Source of the DNA: a virus
Lineage: Duplodnaviria; Heunggongvirae; Uroviricota; Caudoviricetes
Length of the DNA: 53,605 nt
IMG/VR virus record: IMGVR_UViG_3300032007_000013
Strand: one strand, 5' to 3'
Shown in pieces: positions 31,917-41,935 of this stretch (position 1 is its first letter; the number at the start of each line of letters is the position of its first letter). Under the pieces are notes generated by a model. That model ran no database searches and had not been told where the DNA came from. It saw nothing but the letters and a program-made list of their open reading frames with translations. The position numbers and the translations under genes are program-made.

Positions 31917-32335
31917 AAATATATTAATCGGTAGTATAACCGTAAGCAAGGTGCTATACTTATGGGAAACCATAAAAGGGTGTCGTAGGTAACGACAGTA
32001 AGGCGAGTGCAAATCCACCCTATTTTTTATTTATGGCTTGTGCGCAGGTCATCTTAGTGTGTAAAGCCACACTAAATTGGAGGAATCCTCCGCCCCAGCT
32101 TAGGGGAGGAATATAAGCAGAAAGATTTGGCCCTTATTGCCAATTGTCAAAAGTATAAGTATTGTAGTATACTACACGATAGGGAGCCCTAAAACACTCG
32201 TTAGGTGGGAAGGTGAATTGAGAGTGCAATATATAACTCTACGTGGTGCCCAATGTGAAGGTGGCAATGCCGAGCTGACGGCTATAGTAAAGGGTGACAC
32301 CTATCAGCAAAAATATTTATCTTTTTTATAATTTT

Positions 32336-32411
32336 GTCTTGTTGGTATAATGGCTATTACACCAGACTCTTAATCTGTGAGATCAGAGTTTAAATCTCTG
32401 GCGAGACACCA
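32336..32411 (+). tRNA. tRNA-Lys(CTT)
   Basis: Loop CT-CTT-AA, CCA. Confidence 0.85.
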
Positions 32412-32670
32412 TAAAAGTTGCTATTAACTTTTTCCAAAAAAAATAGTCGTAGGAATATGAGATATACAAATGAATAAGAATCCCGGAACCATTGTATATC
32501 AGATAACGTGAGACCCAAGTTAGCTGTGGTTGTGGAGATGGGAAGTCCACGTAAAACTTATTAAACCAAGGCGTTAGCACTCCATTACAAACGGGGTATT
32601 TAGCTTCGAGATAGCAGGAGTGTGGGATAGCAGACCACGCGGGTGGAACCGCGAATAGGCTAATTTATAT

Positions 32671-32757
32671 GCGGAATTGCTGGAATTGGTAGACAGGCAG
32701 CGTTGAGGTCGCTGTGTTCATTAGATCGTGTGGGTTCAAGTCCCACATTCCGCACCA
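32671..32757 (+). tRNA. tRNA-Leu(GAG)
   Basis: CAGCG-TTGAGGT-CGCTG, long variable arm, CCA. Confidence 0.92.
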
Positions 32758-32763
32758 AATTAT

Positions 32764-32852
32764 GCGGGATTAGCCGAATGGCATAGGCATTAGGTTTAGG
32801 CCCTAACGAAGTTAATTCTTCATTGCGGGTTCAAATCCCGTGTCCCGCACCA
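32764..32852 (+). tRNA. tRNA-Leu(TAG)
   Basis: TTAGG-TTTAGGC-CCTAA, long variable arm, CCA. Confidence 0.9.
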
Positions 32853-32910
32853 TAGCACCTGGCAAGGTGGCAAAGTCAGCCCGTTAGACTTTAAATGGCG
32901 GGGCACCTAT

Positions 32911-32995
32911 GCTGAAATGATGGAATGGTAGACATGTCACACTCAAAATGTGATGCCATCACGGCGTGTGGGTTCAAGTCCCACTTTCAGTACCA
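32911..32995 (+). tRNA. tRNA-Leu(CAA)
   Basis: TCACA-CTCAAAA-TGTGA, CCA. Confidence 0.92.
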
Positions 32996-33158
32996 GGGCT
33001 TTATGCCTTTACAATACTACAACAATTATTTCAGTAATGTACTATGGTGGCTTTGAAGATTTCCCATCTAATTACCTAAAAGTAATAAACATAAATGAAA
33101 TCTTCTCTTATTTGAAAATTTAAAAAAAATATTATATAATATATATGTAAGATAAATA

Positions 33159-33221
33159 AAGACACAAACAGCAATTTGTTATATAACTCTTGCCGTATTG
33201 AGGGAAAATATACGTGTCTTG
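33159..33221 (+). ncRNA. ACAGCAA clamp RNA 2 (short cargo)
   Basis: AAGACAC-AAACAGCAA...GTGTCTT-G, directly after a promoter. Confidence 0.65.
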
Positions 33222-33228
33222 ATTATAT

Positions 33229-33304
33229 GGCTCCGTGATGCAGATGGTTACCATGACGGCCTGTCACGCCGTATACACGGGTTCAAGTCCCGTCGGAGTC
33301 GCCA
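33229..33304 (+). tRNA. tRNA-Asp(GTC)
   Basis: ACGGC-CTGTCAC-GCCGT, CCA. Confidence 0.92.
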
Positions 33305-33596
33305 GCCAGTTGAGAGTTAGCTGCGAAACTCCATGCTCCGCTATGAGCAATAATATTCTGGGCCGAAAGCAGGAATAATTGGTCGGTTGGTTTTGAAGTC
33401 CTTCCGTATGATTGTAGATAGAGGGAACCCGCCTAGGAAAAACACATCCTAAAGTGCTACGCAGTGGGTTAGCGTAGATATAATGAGTAGACAAAAACTG
33501 GATAGAAAGTTGGACCAGTCATTAGACCATCACTACTTAAACGGAGTTATGAGTTGCAAACGCTTTATCCGTATTTAATACAAAGCGGTAGACTAT

Positions 33597-33675
33597 GGGG
33601 CACGGGACTGCTTGGAGTGGTCGCCTCCCTTGCAAGGAGGATATCAGATGGGTTCGATGCCCATGTGTTCCACCA
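33597..33675 (+). tRNA. tRNA-Ala(TGC)
   Basis: CCTCC-CTTGCAA-GGAGG, CCA. Confidence 0.88.
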
Positions 33676-33832
33676 AGAAACTTATTGGTATGGGGTTTAT
33701 GTGTTTGTCTCCGCCAATAAGAAAAGAAACACTTTACGCTATAGGTTCGGTTCAAAAATTCCTAGCAAATAAACAATAGAAATCTCGCATAGTGAAAGCG
33801 TTCTAATAAGATGTTCAGCGTATATTTTATAT

Positions 33833-33905
33833 GGGTAAGTAGCACTCGGTAGTGCGGGATGAAGTCCACCGCGGGAAGTCAGTTCAACTCTGGCCTTATC
33901 CACCA
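33833..33905 (+). tRNA. Aberrant tRNA-like gene with a shrunken anticodon arm (GGA-TGAAG-TCC)
   Basis: Intact acceptor, D and T arms and CCA; 5-nt loop containing GAA. Confidence 0.55.
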
Positions 33906-34048
33906 TAGGTCTACTGTTTATTAGTTTTATACGACCTTATAAACGACTTAGAAACTAATATGGGGTAGCATTAAGGTCGCTACTTAATGAGATAATGTGC
34001 TCCTACACAAGCCCAAATTTATAATAAATATCTAGGAGGATATAGATT

Positions 34049-34699
34049 ATGGCATATATTTATTTAATTACAAATGATATTAATGGAAAATAGTATGTTG
34101 GAAAAACTTATAAAACTATTGAGTAGCGTTGGAAAGAACATTTAGGAGATAGAACTAAAAGAGAATTAGAAAAACGTCCTTTATATGATGCTATGAATAA
34201 ATATGGGATAGAACATTTCCATATTAAAGAAGTTGAATATGTTCCACCGGAAGTAAATTTAGAAGAACGTGAAGTTTATTGGATAGCATAGTATGATACG
34301 TATTATAATGGATACAATGCTACTTTAGGTGGAGATGGTAGTCGTTTATATGATTATAATTTAATTGTTGAAAAATATAATAAATTATAGAATATGGTTA
34401 AAGTTGCTGAAGAACTTAATATATCTAAAGATACAGTTCGAGTTGCTTTAAGAAATAATAATATATAGATTATTCCAGCTTATGAAATTACTAAAAAGCA
34501 ATATCAAAAAGCAGTAGCTCAATATGATTTACAAAATAATTATATTCAAGAATTTGAATGTTTATATGATGCTGCAAAAAGTGTTATAAATCAAGAAAAA
34601 AAAGATATTAAAGGAGCAGCAAGTCATATAGCAGATGTTTGTAAAGGAAAAAGAAAAACTGCTTATAAATATAAATGGAAATTTGTTAATAAAAATTAA
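34049..34699 (+). CDS. GIY-YIG endonuclease with C-terminal NUMOD1-like domain (code 15)
   Basis: YIYLITNDINGK*YVGKT, YNGYNATLGGDG, VCKGKRKTAYKYKWKF. Confidence 0.9.
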
Positions 34700-34703
34700 A
34701 TAT

Positions 34704-34790
34704 GGCGGGATATACCGTAAGTAGTAGCGGGGCGCACTGTAAATGCGTTGTCGAAAGACTCGGTTGGGGCAGCTCCAACTCCCGCCACCA
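34704..34790 (+). tRNA. tRNA-Tyr(GTA)
   Basis: GCGCA-CTGTAAA-TGCGT, variable arm, CCA; odd T-loop GGCAGCT. Confidence 0.85.
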
Positions 34791-34881
34791 AATTATCTAG
34801 TTCAATGGTAGTGCACTAATAAATTTAGAACACTGGCAAGTCTAGTCAGAGATTCTTGTTCGATTCAAGAGATAATTGCCA
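34791..34881 (+). tRNA. Aberrant tRNA-Asp(GTC)-like gene with an extra hairpin between the D and anticodon arms
   Basis: AATTATC/GATAATT+GCCA; CTGGC-AAGTCTA-GTCAG; TCTTG-TTCGATT-CAAGA. Confidence 0.55.
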
Positions 34882-34882
34882 T

Positions 34883-34992
34883 AAGACATATACAGCAATT
34901 TAATTTCCAGAATAGTCAAATGGTTAAGACATTTTCCTACAAAGAAAACAAATGTGCGTTCAAATCGCACTTCCGGACAAAAATATGTCTTG
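34883..34992 (+). ncRNA. ACAGCAA clamp RNA 3, enclosing a CCA-less tRNA-Cys(ACA)-like cloverleaf (34906-34978)
   Basis: AAGACATA/TATGTCTT clamp; TTTTC-CTACAAA-GAAAA arm; GTGCG-TTCAAAT-CGCAC. Confidence 0.7.
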
Positions 34993-35014
34993 AAATTTAA
35001 ATGAGGTTAAATAT

Positions 35015-35518
35015 ATGAATCCTTTAAATGTATTTAATAATCCATATTATAAATGGAAGTATCCAGATTGTTGGTTAAAAAATGCTCGAATGTTTTTTCG
35101 TAGTTTTAAATATGCTTACCAACGAATAACTCGTGGTTGGGCAAGCTGTGATATTTGGGATTTAGATAATTATTATGAATATATCATTGCTGATACTTTA
35201 AATTATTTAGCAGATAATCATTGGGGTTATCCAGGTAATGATGAATTTCCAGATGATGAAAGTTGGACTAAATATCTTAAAGATATGGCTCAAAAATTTT
35301 ATAATGGTAATGAAGAAAATAATGTTTATCCAACTCCAGAAGAAGATAAGTGGTGGCATTGGATTGAACTTCATCCAGAAGATACGATAGAAAGGTCTGA
35401 TAATCCTTATATAAAATCTATGTGCACTGAAGTACAAACTAATGCAAGTAAGCGTGAAAATGATATTCAAGAAGGTTTAAAAATGATTGCCAAAGTATGG
35501 TATCATCTTTGGGATTAA
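35015..35518 (+). CDS. Hypothetical phage protein
   Basis: 167 aa, GAGG RBS. Confidence 0.75.
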   Translation: MNPLNVFNNPYYKWKYPDCWLKNARMFFRSFKYAYQRITRGWASCDIWDLDNYYEYIIADTLNYLADNHWGYPGNDEFPDDESWTKYLKDMAQKFYNGNEENNVYPTPEEDKWWHWIELHPEDTIERSDNPYIKSMCTEVQTNASKRENDIQEGLKMIAKVWYHLWD

Positions 35519-35609
35519 GATATCTTACAGCAAAAAAGTGTAATAAAAAAATATGTGGGTGGTTTGGTATCTTGTTTGACAATCTAAAAAAAATTTGATA
35601 TAATATATT

Positions 35610-35778
35610 TAGACAGTTAGACAGCAATATAATTTAAATAACAAGTTTTATTCAAATACAAAAAGACATGTTTTATTCTCCTTATTTGGTATAAAAGAGA
35701 TTTGATTTTATTGTGATTCTAATTTCATCAAATCTGCCAGTTATATGGAATTATAAAGAAAAGGAATTAACTGTCTAG
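35610..35778 (+). ncRNA. ACAGCAA clamp RNA 4 (multi-hairpin cargo)
   Basis: 10-bp TAGACAGTTA/TAACTGTCTA clamp followed by GACAGCAA; directly after a promoter. Confidence 0.6.
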
Positions 35779-35817
35779 TTTATCTAAAATTATTTAAAAT
35801 TTAAATTATATATAATA

Positions 35818-35913
35818 AAGACACATACAGCAATTAATTTACAAAAGGTTAAAATTGTAGGCTGTATACCTGTGATGAAATGGTTCGAATCCATTAAATA
35901 TTAAAGTGTCTTG
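35818..35913 (+). ncRNA. ACAGCAA clamp RNA 5 (Tyr GTA-like anticodon arm plus T arm, no acceptor stem)
   Basis: AAGACAC/GTGTCTT; AGG-CTGTATA-CCT; ATGG-TTCGAAT-CCAT. Confidence 0.65.
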
Positions 35914-35935
35914 TTATTATTAAGTCTTAAAATAT

Positions 35936-36551
35936 AAATACAAGTTTTGATAACTCAGTGCAGACTATAAGCGACTTATAGGCTGAGAAATACCGAAGTG
36001 AGGCTCGGCACGGAACGAAACAAGGATACTTGTGGATAGTGGACCGCACTTTATATCGTGAGGTATAAAGTGAACCCATGCGGGGAAAGGAAAGGTATTG
36101 TGCTAAAGTTATCGTAATTTAAAATACCCGAGGGCGGGCAGAGTAATAGAAAGCTTTGTTGATAAGACAAAGCCGAATCCAGAAAACCGCGACCGGTGGC
36201 ACGGCGTGAGAGTCTGGAAAAGCCAAACAATCTGTTGAATGTAGTTGAATAGGAGAAATCCTAGTATAACGCCTAACCAGGGTGCGAGTAGGGGAAATCT
36301 ACAAAGGCTCAAATCTTAAAGACTTGAAGATATTATATTATTGATTGGTAAATATAATTAACGATACAATTTCTGAAAGTCCCCTGAAAGTTGTGGGTAA
36401 GCAATCCCACCAAGACGAAAGTTAGCTGTAAGCTAATGTCATAGGAAGCGTCATATCGACGGGTATGAGCTCAGACCTATGGCAGCTTGTGATTGAAAAA
36501 AGTTGAAGGTAATTGGTAGTAGGGGGAAGCCCCATCAAAAAATCTGTATTT
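35936..36551 (+). ncRNA. ~615-nt structured RNA candidate (ROOL/GOLLD class)
   Basis: Ends pair (AAATAC..TTTTGAT with ATCAAAA..GTATTT); GC-rich hairpins; no RBS-led ORF. Confidence 0.55.
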
Positions 36552-36673
36552 ATATTTTAGGACTTAATTAATATGCGAGCGTAAGTTCAATTTTTTGGTC
36601 GAAAGTTCAAAATTATATTATTATAATTTTTATATAAAATGAAAGAAAAAATATAAAAAGAGGTAATATAATT

Positions 36674-37276
36674 ATGTCTTATGAAATAGTAAAAAATTTT
36701 CGGCAAAGATTAAAAGAACGTGCTACTTATGTAATGGGTAATAAATGTGCTTGTTGTGGTTATGATAAATGTATTTAGGCTTTAGAATTTCATCATTTAA
36801 ATCCAGAAGAAAAAGATTTTAATTTTGGAACTAATACAAATAGAAGTTGGGAATCAACTCGTAATGAAATTAAAAAATGTATTTTAGTATGTGCTAATTG
36901 TCATAGAGAAATTCATTATGGTTTAATAGATAGTTCTTTGCTGCAAAGTTCTTTTAATGAACAACGAGCAGAAGAAATTGATAAATTAGTTAATGATGTA
37001 AAAGTTCATAAAATTTATTATTGTAAAAGTTGTGGCAAAGAAGTTTGGCGGGGGAATGAATATTGCCCCGAGTGCGCCGCAAAAGCTCGTAGAAAAGTAG
37101 AACGGCCAAATAGAGAAGAATTAAAAATGTTAATTAGGAATAATTCATTTATGTCTTTAGGACGTAAGTATGGAGTTACTGATAATACTATTAGAAAATG
37201 GTGTAAAGCTGAAAATCTTCCATTTAAGTCCACAGAAATAAAGCAATATACCGATAATGAATGGGAATTAATTTAA
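36674..37276 (+). CDS. HNH endonuclease with zinc ribbon and C-terminal HTH (code 15)
   Basis: CACCGYDKCI*ALEFHH...CILVCANCHREIH. Confidence 0.88.
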
Positions 37277-37285
37277 TTCTCATTT

Positions 37286-37361
37286 GCCGAAGTCATATAG
37301 TTGGTTAGTATGCGAAACTGATAATTTCGTCACACAGGTTCAAATCCTGTCTTTGGCACCA
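37286..37361 (+). tRNA. tRNA-Ile(GAT)
   Basis: CGAAA-CTGATAA-TTTCG, CCA. Confidence 0.9.
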
Positions 37362-37364
37362 TAT

Positions 37365-37439
37365 GCCTCGGTAGCTCAGAGGAAGAGCGCGGCCCTGAAG
37401 AGGCCGGCGTCGGCAGCCCGAACCTGCCCTGAGGCACCA
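37365..37439 (+). tRNA. tRNA-Phe(GAA)
   Basis: CGGCC-CTGAAGA-GGCCG; T-loop CCCGAAC; CCA. Confidence 0.88.
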
Positions 37440-37572
37440 GGGTGAATATCCAAGTCTCTCAAAGGAACCGGACCGATAACTGAATCTAGTTTTAGGTTTG
37501 ATAACAGCAGCACGGACTATAAATCCGGCGCTATTTAGCTTCGCAGGTATGGAATCCTCGCTTCACCCACCA
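37440..37572 (+). tRNA. tRNA-Tyr(ATA)-like gene with a 44-nt insertion at the anticodon arm
   Basis: GGGTGAA/TTCACCC+ACCA; CCGGAC[insert ending CGGAC]TATAAA-TCCGG; long variable arm. Confidence 0.6.
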
Positions 37573-37591
37573 GAAGAAAGGAATGATAATT

Positions 37592-37789
37592 ATGACTTTT
37601 GAGCTTAAAGATAAAGATTTAGAAAATGTAACTGGCGGTTCAATTCTTCCTTATCTTGTTGAGGCTGGAGATACTTTAGCAATGATTGCAAAGAAATTTA
37701 ATTGTACTGTTGAAGAACTCCAAAGATGGAACAAGATTGAAAATATTGATAAAATTGATGTAGGCCAAAAATTAATAATTAAGTTTTAA
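37592..37789 (+). CDS. Double-glycine leader peptide fused to a single LysM domain
   Basis: ELKDKDLENVTGG then YLVEAGDTLAMIAKKFNCTVEELQRWNKIENIDKIDVGQKLII. Confidence 0.85.
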   Translation: MTFELKDKDLENVTGGSILPYLVEAGDTLAMIAKKFNCTVEELQRWNKIENIDKIDVGQKLIIKF

Positions 37790-38762
37790 AAAAATTGGCT
37801 TTGGTAAGGAGACCATGTAAGTGGTAGAGATAGGGACTATAACCAATTTTTATATAACCAACAAGCTACCTGTTGAGACGATGAGGATTGGAGCAACGTC
37901 GTTGTAAAAATAAATAAAGTCCCCAGGATGTTTGGCGGGAACAGAACAAACCGTACAGCAGAGGGAAGGGTTTGTAGGTCGCTGCCTTTCGTGTAGCAAT
38001 AGAAAGGATACGGTAATGACCATTTCGGAAATCCCTTGAAAGAAAGAAAACCTACATTAAATAGAATAGTAGGGAATTGCTTTGTGGATTACTGCAAACG
38101 CATGTAAATAGCGTGACCCTACACGCGGTGCCCTGGTTTATTGTATCGCACAGAGACACGTATAATTTATTCACCTGATGGAATATTAATTTACTGGGGC
38201 ATTTAATTTCTTATTTGAAAATTTAAAAAAAATATTATATAATATTTATAGAAAATAAGAAATGAGGTTTTTAAAAATGATAACTCCTCCTTGGTATCAA
38301 GATAAAGTTGAAACTCTTGCTTTTAATGCTTATTGTTACCATAGTCAAGAAGTAGAAGATATAATTTCTTTAATTGGAAGAGGCATTGTTGCATTTGATT
38401 GTGATACCTATATGACTGATGATGATATGCGATATATTGAAGAAGAAGTAAAAAAAAGATATGGTATGATAATCCACGTATCTTAAATAAAAGATTTCTT
38501 ATTTGAAAATTTTAAAAAAATATTATATAATATTTATAGAAAAGTGAGGGAAATAAAAAATGAATGATAAATTTGATGATTTTGATGTTGGCCCTCAAAG
38601 TGATGATTTTGAGATTAGTGACTATGATGACCATTATACAATTTATGATGCGTGGCTAGATTATGAAAGAACTTTGAATCAGCAAGCTGTATGGATAAGT
38701 TATTATATAGATTGTGATGATGGTACTAATGGTGATGAAATCTATGTAATAAAAAAGTAAAT

Positions 38763-38840
38763 GGCCTGTTCGTCTAAATAGGCAAGGATATTAGATTCTC
38801 AATCTGATGATGCTAGGTTCAAATCCTGCACAGGTCACCA
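38763..38840 (+). tRNA. tRNA-Glu(CTC)
   Basis: TTAGA-TTCTCAA-TCTGA, CCA. Confidence 0.85.
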
Positions 38841-39039
38841 TTGCAGGTAGTGGCGACTCCTGGGTAAAAAAGGTCGCTAATGAGGTAAAATAAGTTGCCT
38901 TACCGGAAAAAAGACTTAAAGGGAACATTATTGCTCAATGGTAAAGCCCATAATACGGTGATTATAGAAACTATTCCGTATATATAAGGTTTCGCTTAAC
39001 CTATTGAAATAAGCATGTATGGTTCTAATTGAATGAGAT

Positions 39040-39094
39040 GCGGGTTCAAGACCCGTCCGGCCGTTTGGCGGGTAGTGTAAGAGGAAATAAACAT
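39040..39094 (+). ncRNA. Circularly permuted tRNA-like module within a larger non-coding block
   Basis: GCGGG-TTCAAGA-CCCGT, CCGGCC-GTTT-GGCGGG, TA, GTGT..ACAT D arm. Confidence 0.55.
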
Positions 39095-39249
39095 ACAGAA
39101 GAAATTAATTTTGGTGAAGAAAAATTATTTTGTAGTGAGATAAAATTTCTGTAATTCCAAAGAGAACCCTGTAAAAATGATTCACTACCATTTTTACAGT
39201 AAGACCGCAAGAGCTGGTAGTGCGGAATATAAATTAATCAGCATAGTAT

Positions 39250-39326
39250 GGTCCCCTCGACTAATAGGCTAGGTCGCAACCCTTTCAAGGTTGTAATGCT
39301 GGGTTCAAATCCCGCGGGGATCACCA
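39250..39326 (+). tRNA. tRNA-Glu(TTC)
   Basis: CAACC-CTTTCAA-GGTTG, CCA. Confidence 0.88.
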
Positions 39327-39645
39327 TTGGTTCTGGTGGAACTTTAAACCACTATTGATAGTACCTTGGGAGCATAAAGACTATCTCTAATGGAACTCCA
39401 CAAAGTCACGAGTAGGCTGAGAGGGACATATAGGGGTGAGTTAGCTATTCCCCTAAAAATTAAAATAGGAGGATAACAGATTATGAAAAATAAACATATG
39501 AAACCTTCTGATGAGGATAGCCCAATTGGCTATTTAAGGTCCTAAGCAAGACCTTAAAAGGCTTAATATCGCAGAGCGAAGAAGTCTTCCATCCTGGCTC
39601 ATAACCAGGACTCCGCAGGAGCGTTACCTGCCTCTGCTCCCAAAT

Positions 39646-39721
39646 GGCAGGGAGGCTGTTGGTTTGCCCGCGAGGTCTCATAAACCCCGTTACGTGAGTT
39701 CAATTCTCACCCCTGTTACCA
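39646..39721 (+). tRNA. tRNA-Met(CAT); elongator, initiator or Ile2 identity not resolved
   Basis: Loop CT-CAT-AA, CCA. Confidence 0.85.
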
Positions 39722-40109
39722 TGGTTGACACTACCCTCAAAAAGTGCCCCTGACATAGAAAGCACGGATTTAGTCCTTAAACTACCACTGGCTACGTAAT
39801 TCGACCCTATGGGAGTTGTAGTAGATATGTGGCAATACAAGCGGTTTAGATAGTCTGGTTAATAAAAATACAAGCGAAGTAAAGGACATTAAAGACTCAC
39901 TAAGAGGGAACCATATAATTAAATGCGATAGCTGGAAGGCTCGGCATTTGAAGGTGAATATGGCTGGTGAGGAAATACACTACCTTTTCTCATATATTTA
40001 AATGTATGGGAAACAAAAGAAGATTTACTATGAGGTTTCTTTTACATCCCAAGCCAAAGTAATCTGTTTGGTTGTGTTTTTCTTACCTCATATTTTTTTA
40101 TTATCATTT

Positions 40110-40205
40110 GGTGCTCTAAGCCTAATCGGTAAGGCAGATGCCTGCTAAGCATCGAGTAAGTCGGTTCTTCCGGCTGTCCCAGTTCAAGTCTGGGGAGCAT
40201 CGCCA
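40110..40205 (+). tRNA. tRNA-Ser(GCT)
   Basis: GATGC-CTGCTAA-GCATC, long variable arm, G73, CCA. Confidence 0.9.
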
Positions 40206-40313
40206 TTAAAGTAGCAAGGTTTAAGCGAAAAGGGAAACGGAAAATCCCCCTTGATTTGATCAGGGCTAAATCCGAGATAACCGTGAGCCTTAATCGTAGA
40301 AAGGCATTTATTT

Positions 40314-40406
40314 GGCCGGCTAAGCCTAATGGTAAGGCAGTAGTCTTGAAAACTACTAGTAAGAGTGATGAGCTCTGTCTCCGTTCAAGTCGGAGGCCGG
40401 TCGCCA
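40314..40406 (+). tRNA. tRNA-Ser(TGA)
   Basis: GTAGT-CTTGAAA-ACTAC, long variable arm, CCA. Confidence 0.9.
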
Positions 40407-40586
40407 AAAGGTACTCTTGTTCATACCTGTCACACAAAACTGAACCGTGTCGCCACACGAAAGGAAAGGCGGGGAGAGGAAGGCAGAAGCATCCTGATAA
40501 AAAACGCATTGCCGGAGTTTTTAAGACCCGTAAAAAAGTCGTACTTTTATCTTAAAATTATAACAATAATACAGGAAAATGGAAAA

Positions 40587-41935
40587 ATGAAACATTCTGA
40601 TAAAGAAAAAGAAATGCGCGAAGCTTATGAATAGTATATTAATCAAATTGCTTATAATTATGCTGATGGAGAAGGATATTATGATTATGGTGGCATAGGA
40701 ATGAAGCAAAATGCTAGGCGTGCGCATCCTTTTGAAGATTATTGGCCTGGTAAAGAAGAATTTAGTCATTAGAAAGATTAAAATTTAAAAACAATGGATG
40801 AACATGTTATTCCTCTTGTTAATTATTTTAATGCACATGGATTAAAGACAGAAATGTCTTGTGAAGGGCATAATAAAACAAATATGTCAATGTTTTGGAT
40901 TAGTTTTACTAATTCAGTTCAAGAACAAGATATTATAAATTTCCAAAAGAAACATATTAATAAATATGGAAATTTTTGTTCTTGCGGTAGATTTGCTCAA
41001 AGATTATATGTTTGTGCCGTTACTAATGAAAAATATTGGTGTTATTTTGCGGCAACAATAGAAGCAGCAAATGAAGATTTAAGAAGGTGGCAACAAGATG
41101 ATTCAAAATATTGTAATAGGGAAACCACTAGTTGAACCTTGGAGTTTAATTTCTTATAATAAAGAAGATTTTGAAAAAAATGATAAAGAATATACCATGT
41201 TTACTGAAGAAAGATTTCTTCCTACTCTTTTAGTAAATGCTGGTATTGTTAAATCCAAGAGTGAAATAAAAAGAAATAAACCTGAATTTTGGATCATACT
41301 TGATACATTAGATTGCCTTTGGGTTAAATGGGGCAAAAATAAAATCTACATTATTGTAGGAGAAAAATATGAATTTTAATGATAAATATAATGGTGATAA
41401 AAATGCGGCATTGCGGGATGGATTGCTAATCAGTAAAGAAATTGGTCTTTGCTTTTGTGGAAAACCTACAAGATATATTGACATTTATTCTGAAGGTTAT
41501 TTTTGTTCAGAAGAGTGTTATAATAAATTTTATGATGAAATGAATGAATGGGCAAATAAAAACGATGAAATATATTGATATTTATTAGAATTTACGACCA
41601 TTTCATCCAGAAGATGAAATAAATGGAATAATTTGTGTATCAAAATTTCAACCTTGTTGTGTATGCGGACATCCTACTTGTTATGTTGAAATTAATTATG
41701 AAGGTTATTTCTGTAGTGAAGAATGTCTGCGGCAATTTGAGGATAATATAAAATGATTGAAGTAATTAAGCATGGTAAAATGAAATATAATAAAAATCAA
41801 TCTACTCGTCCTATTTGTGGATGTATTTTTGCTTATCATGACTCTGATATAAAAAATAAAGGCCCATATTATTTTATATATTGTCCTGATTGTGGACATG
41901 AGCTTACGGGATTTTGTAAAGATAAATTGTCATGA
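40587..41935 (+). other. Operon of about six small hypothetical genes (40587-40781 needs TAG read-through)
   Basis: Overlapping junctions; several Cys-rich. Confidence 0.6.
41098..41379 (+). CDS. S4-like RNA-binding domain protein
   Basis: LPTLLVNAGIVKSKSEIKRNK...VKWGKNKIYI resembles the TyrRS C-terminal S4 domain. Confidence 0.55.
   Translation: MIQNIVIGKPLVEPWSLISYNKEDFEKNDKEYTMFTEERFLPTLLVNAGIVKSKSEIKRNKPEFWIILDTLDCLWVKWGKNKIYIIVGEKYEF

Noticed and set aside
37910-37960. RNase P RNA, suggested by AAAGTCC and AACAGAAC
   Set aside because: The two motifs are too close together and no P4 partner strand is visible.
40042-40634. Track ORFs overlapping the Ser tRNAs (40042-40509, 40256-40555, 40365-40634) and 46881-47063 over tRNA-Cys
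   Set aside because: Open frames arising from GC-rich RNA genes; no RBS.
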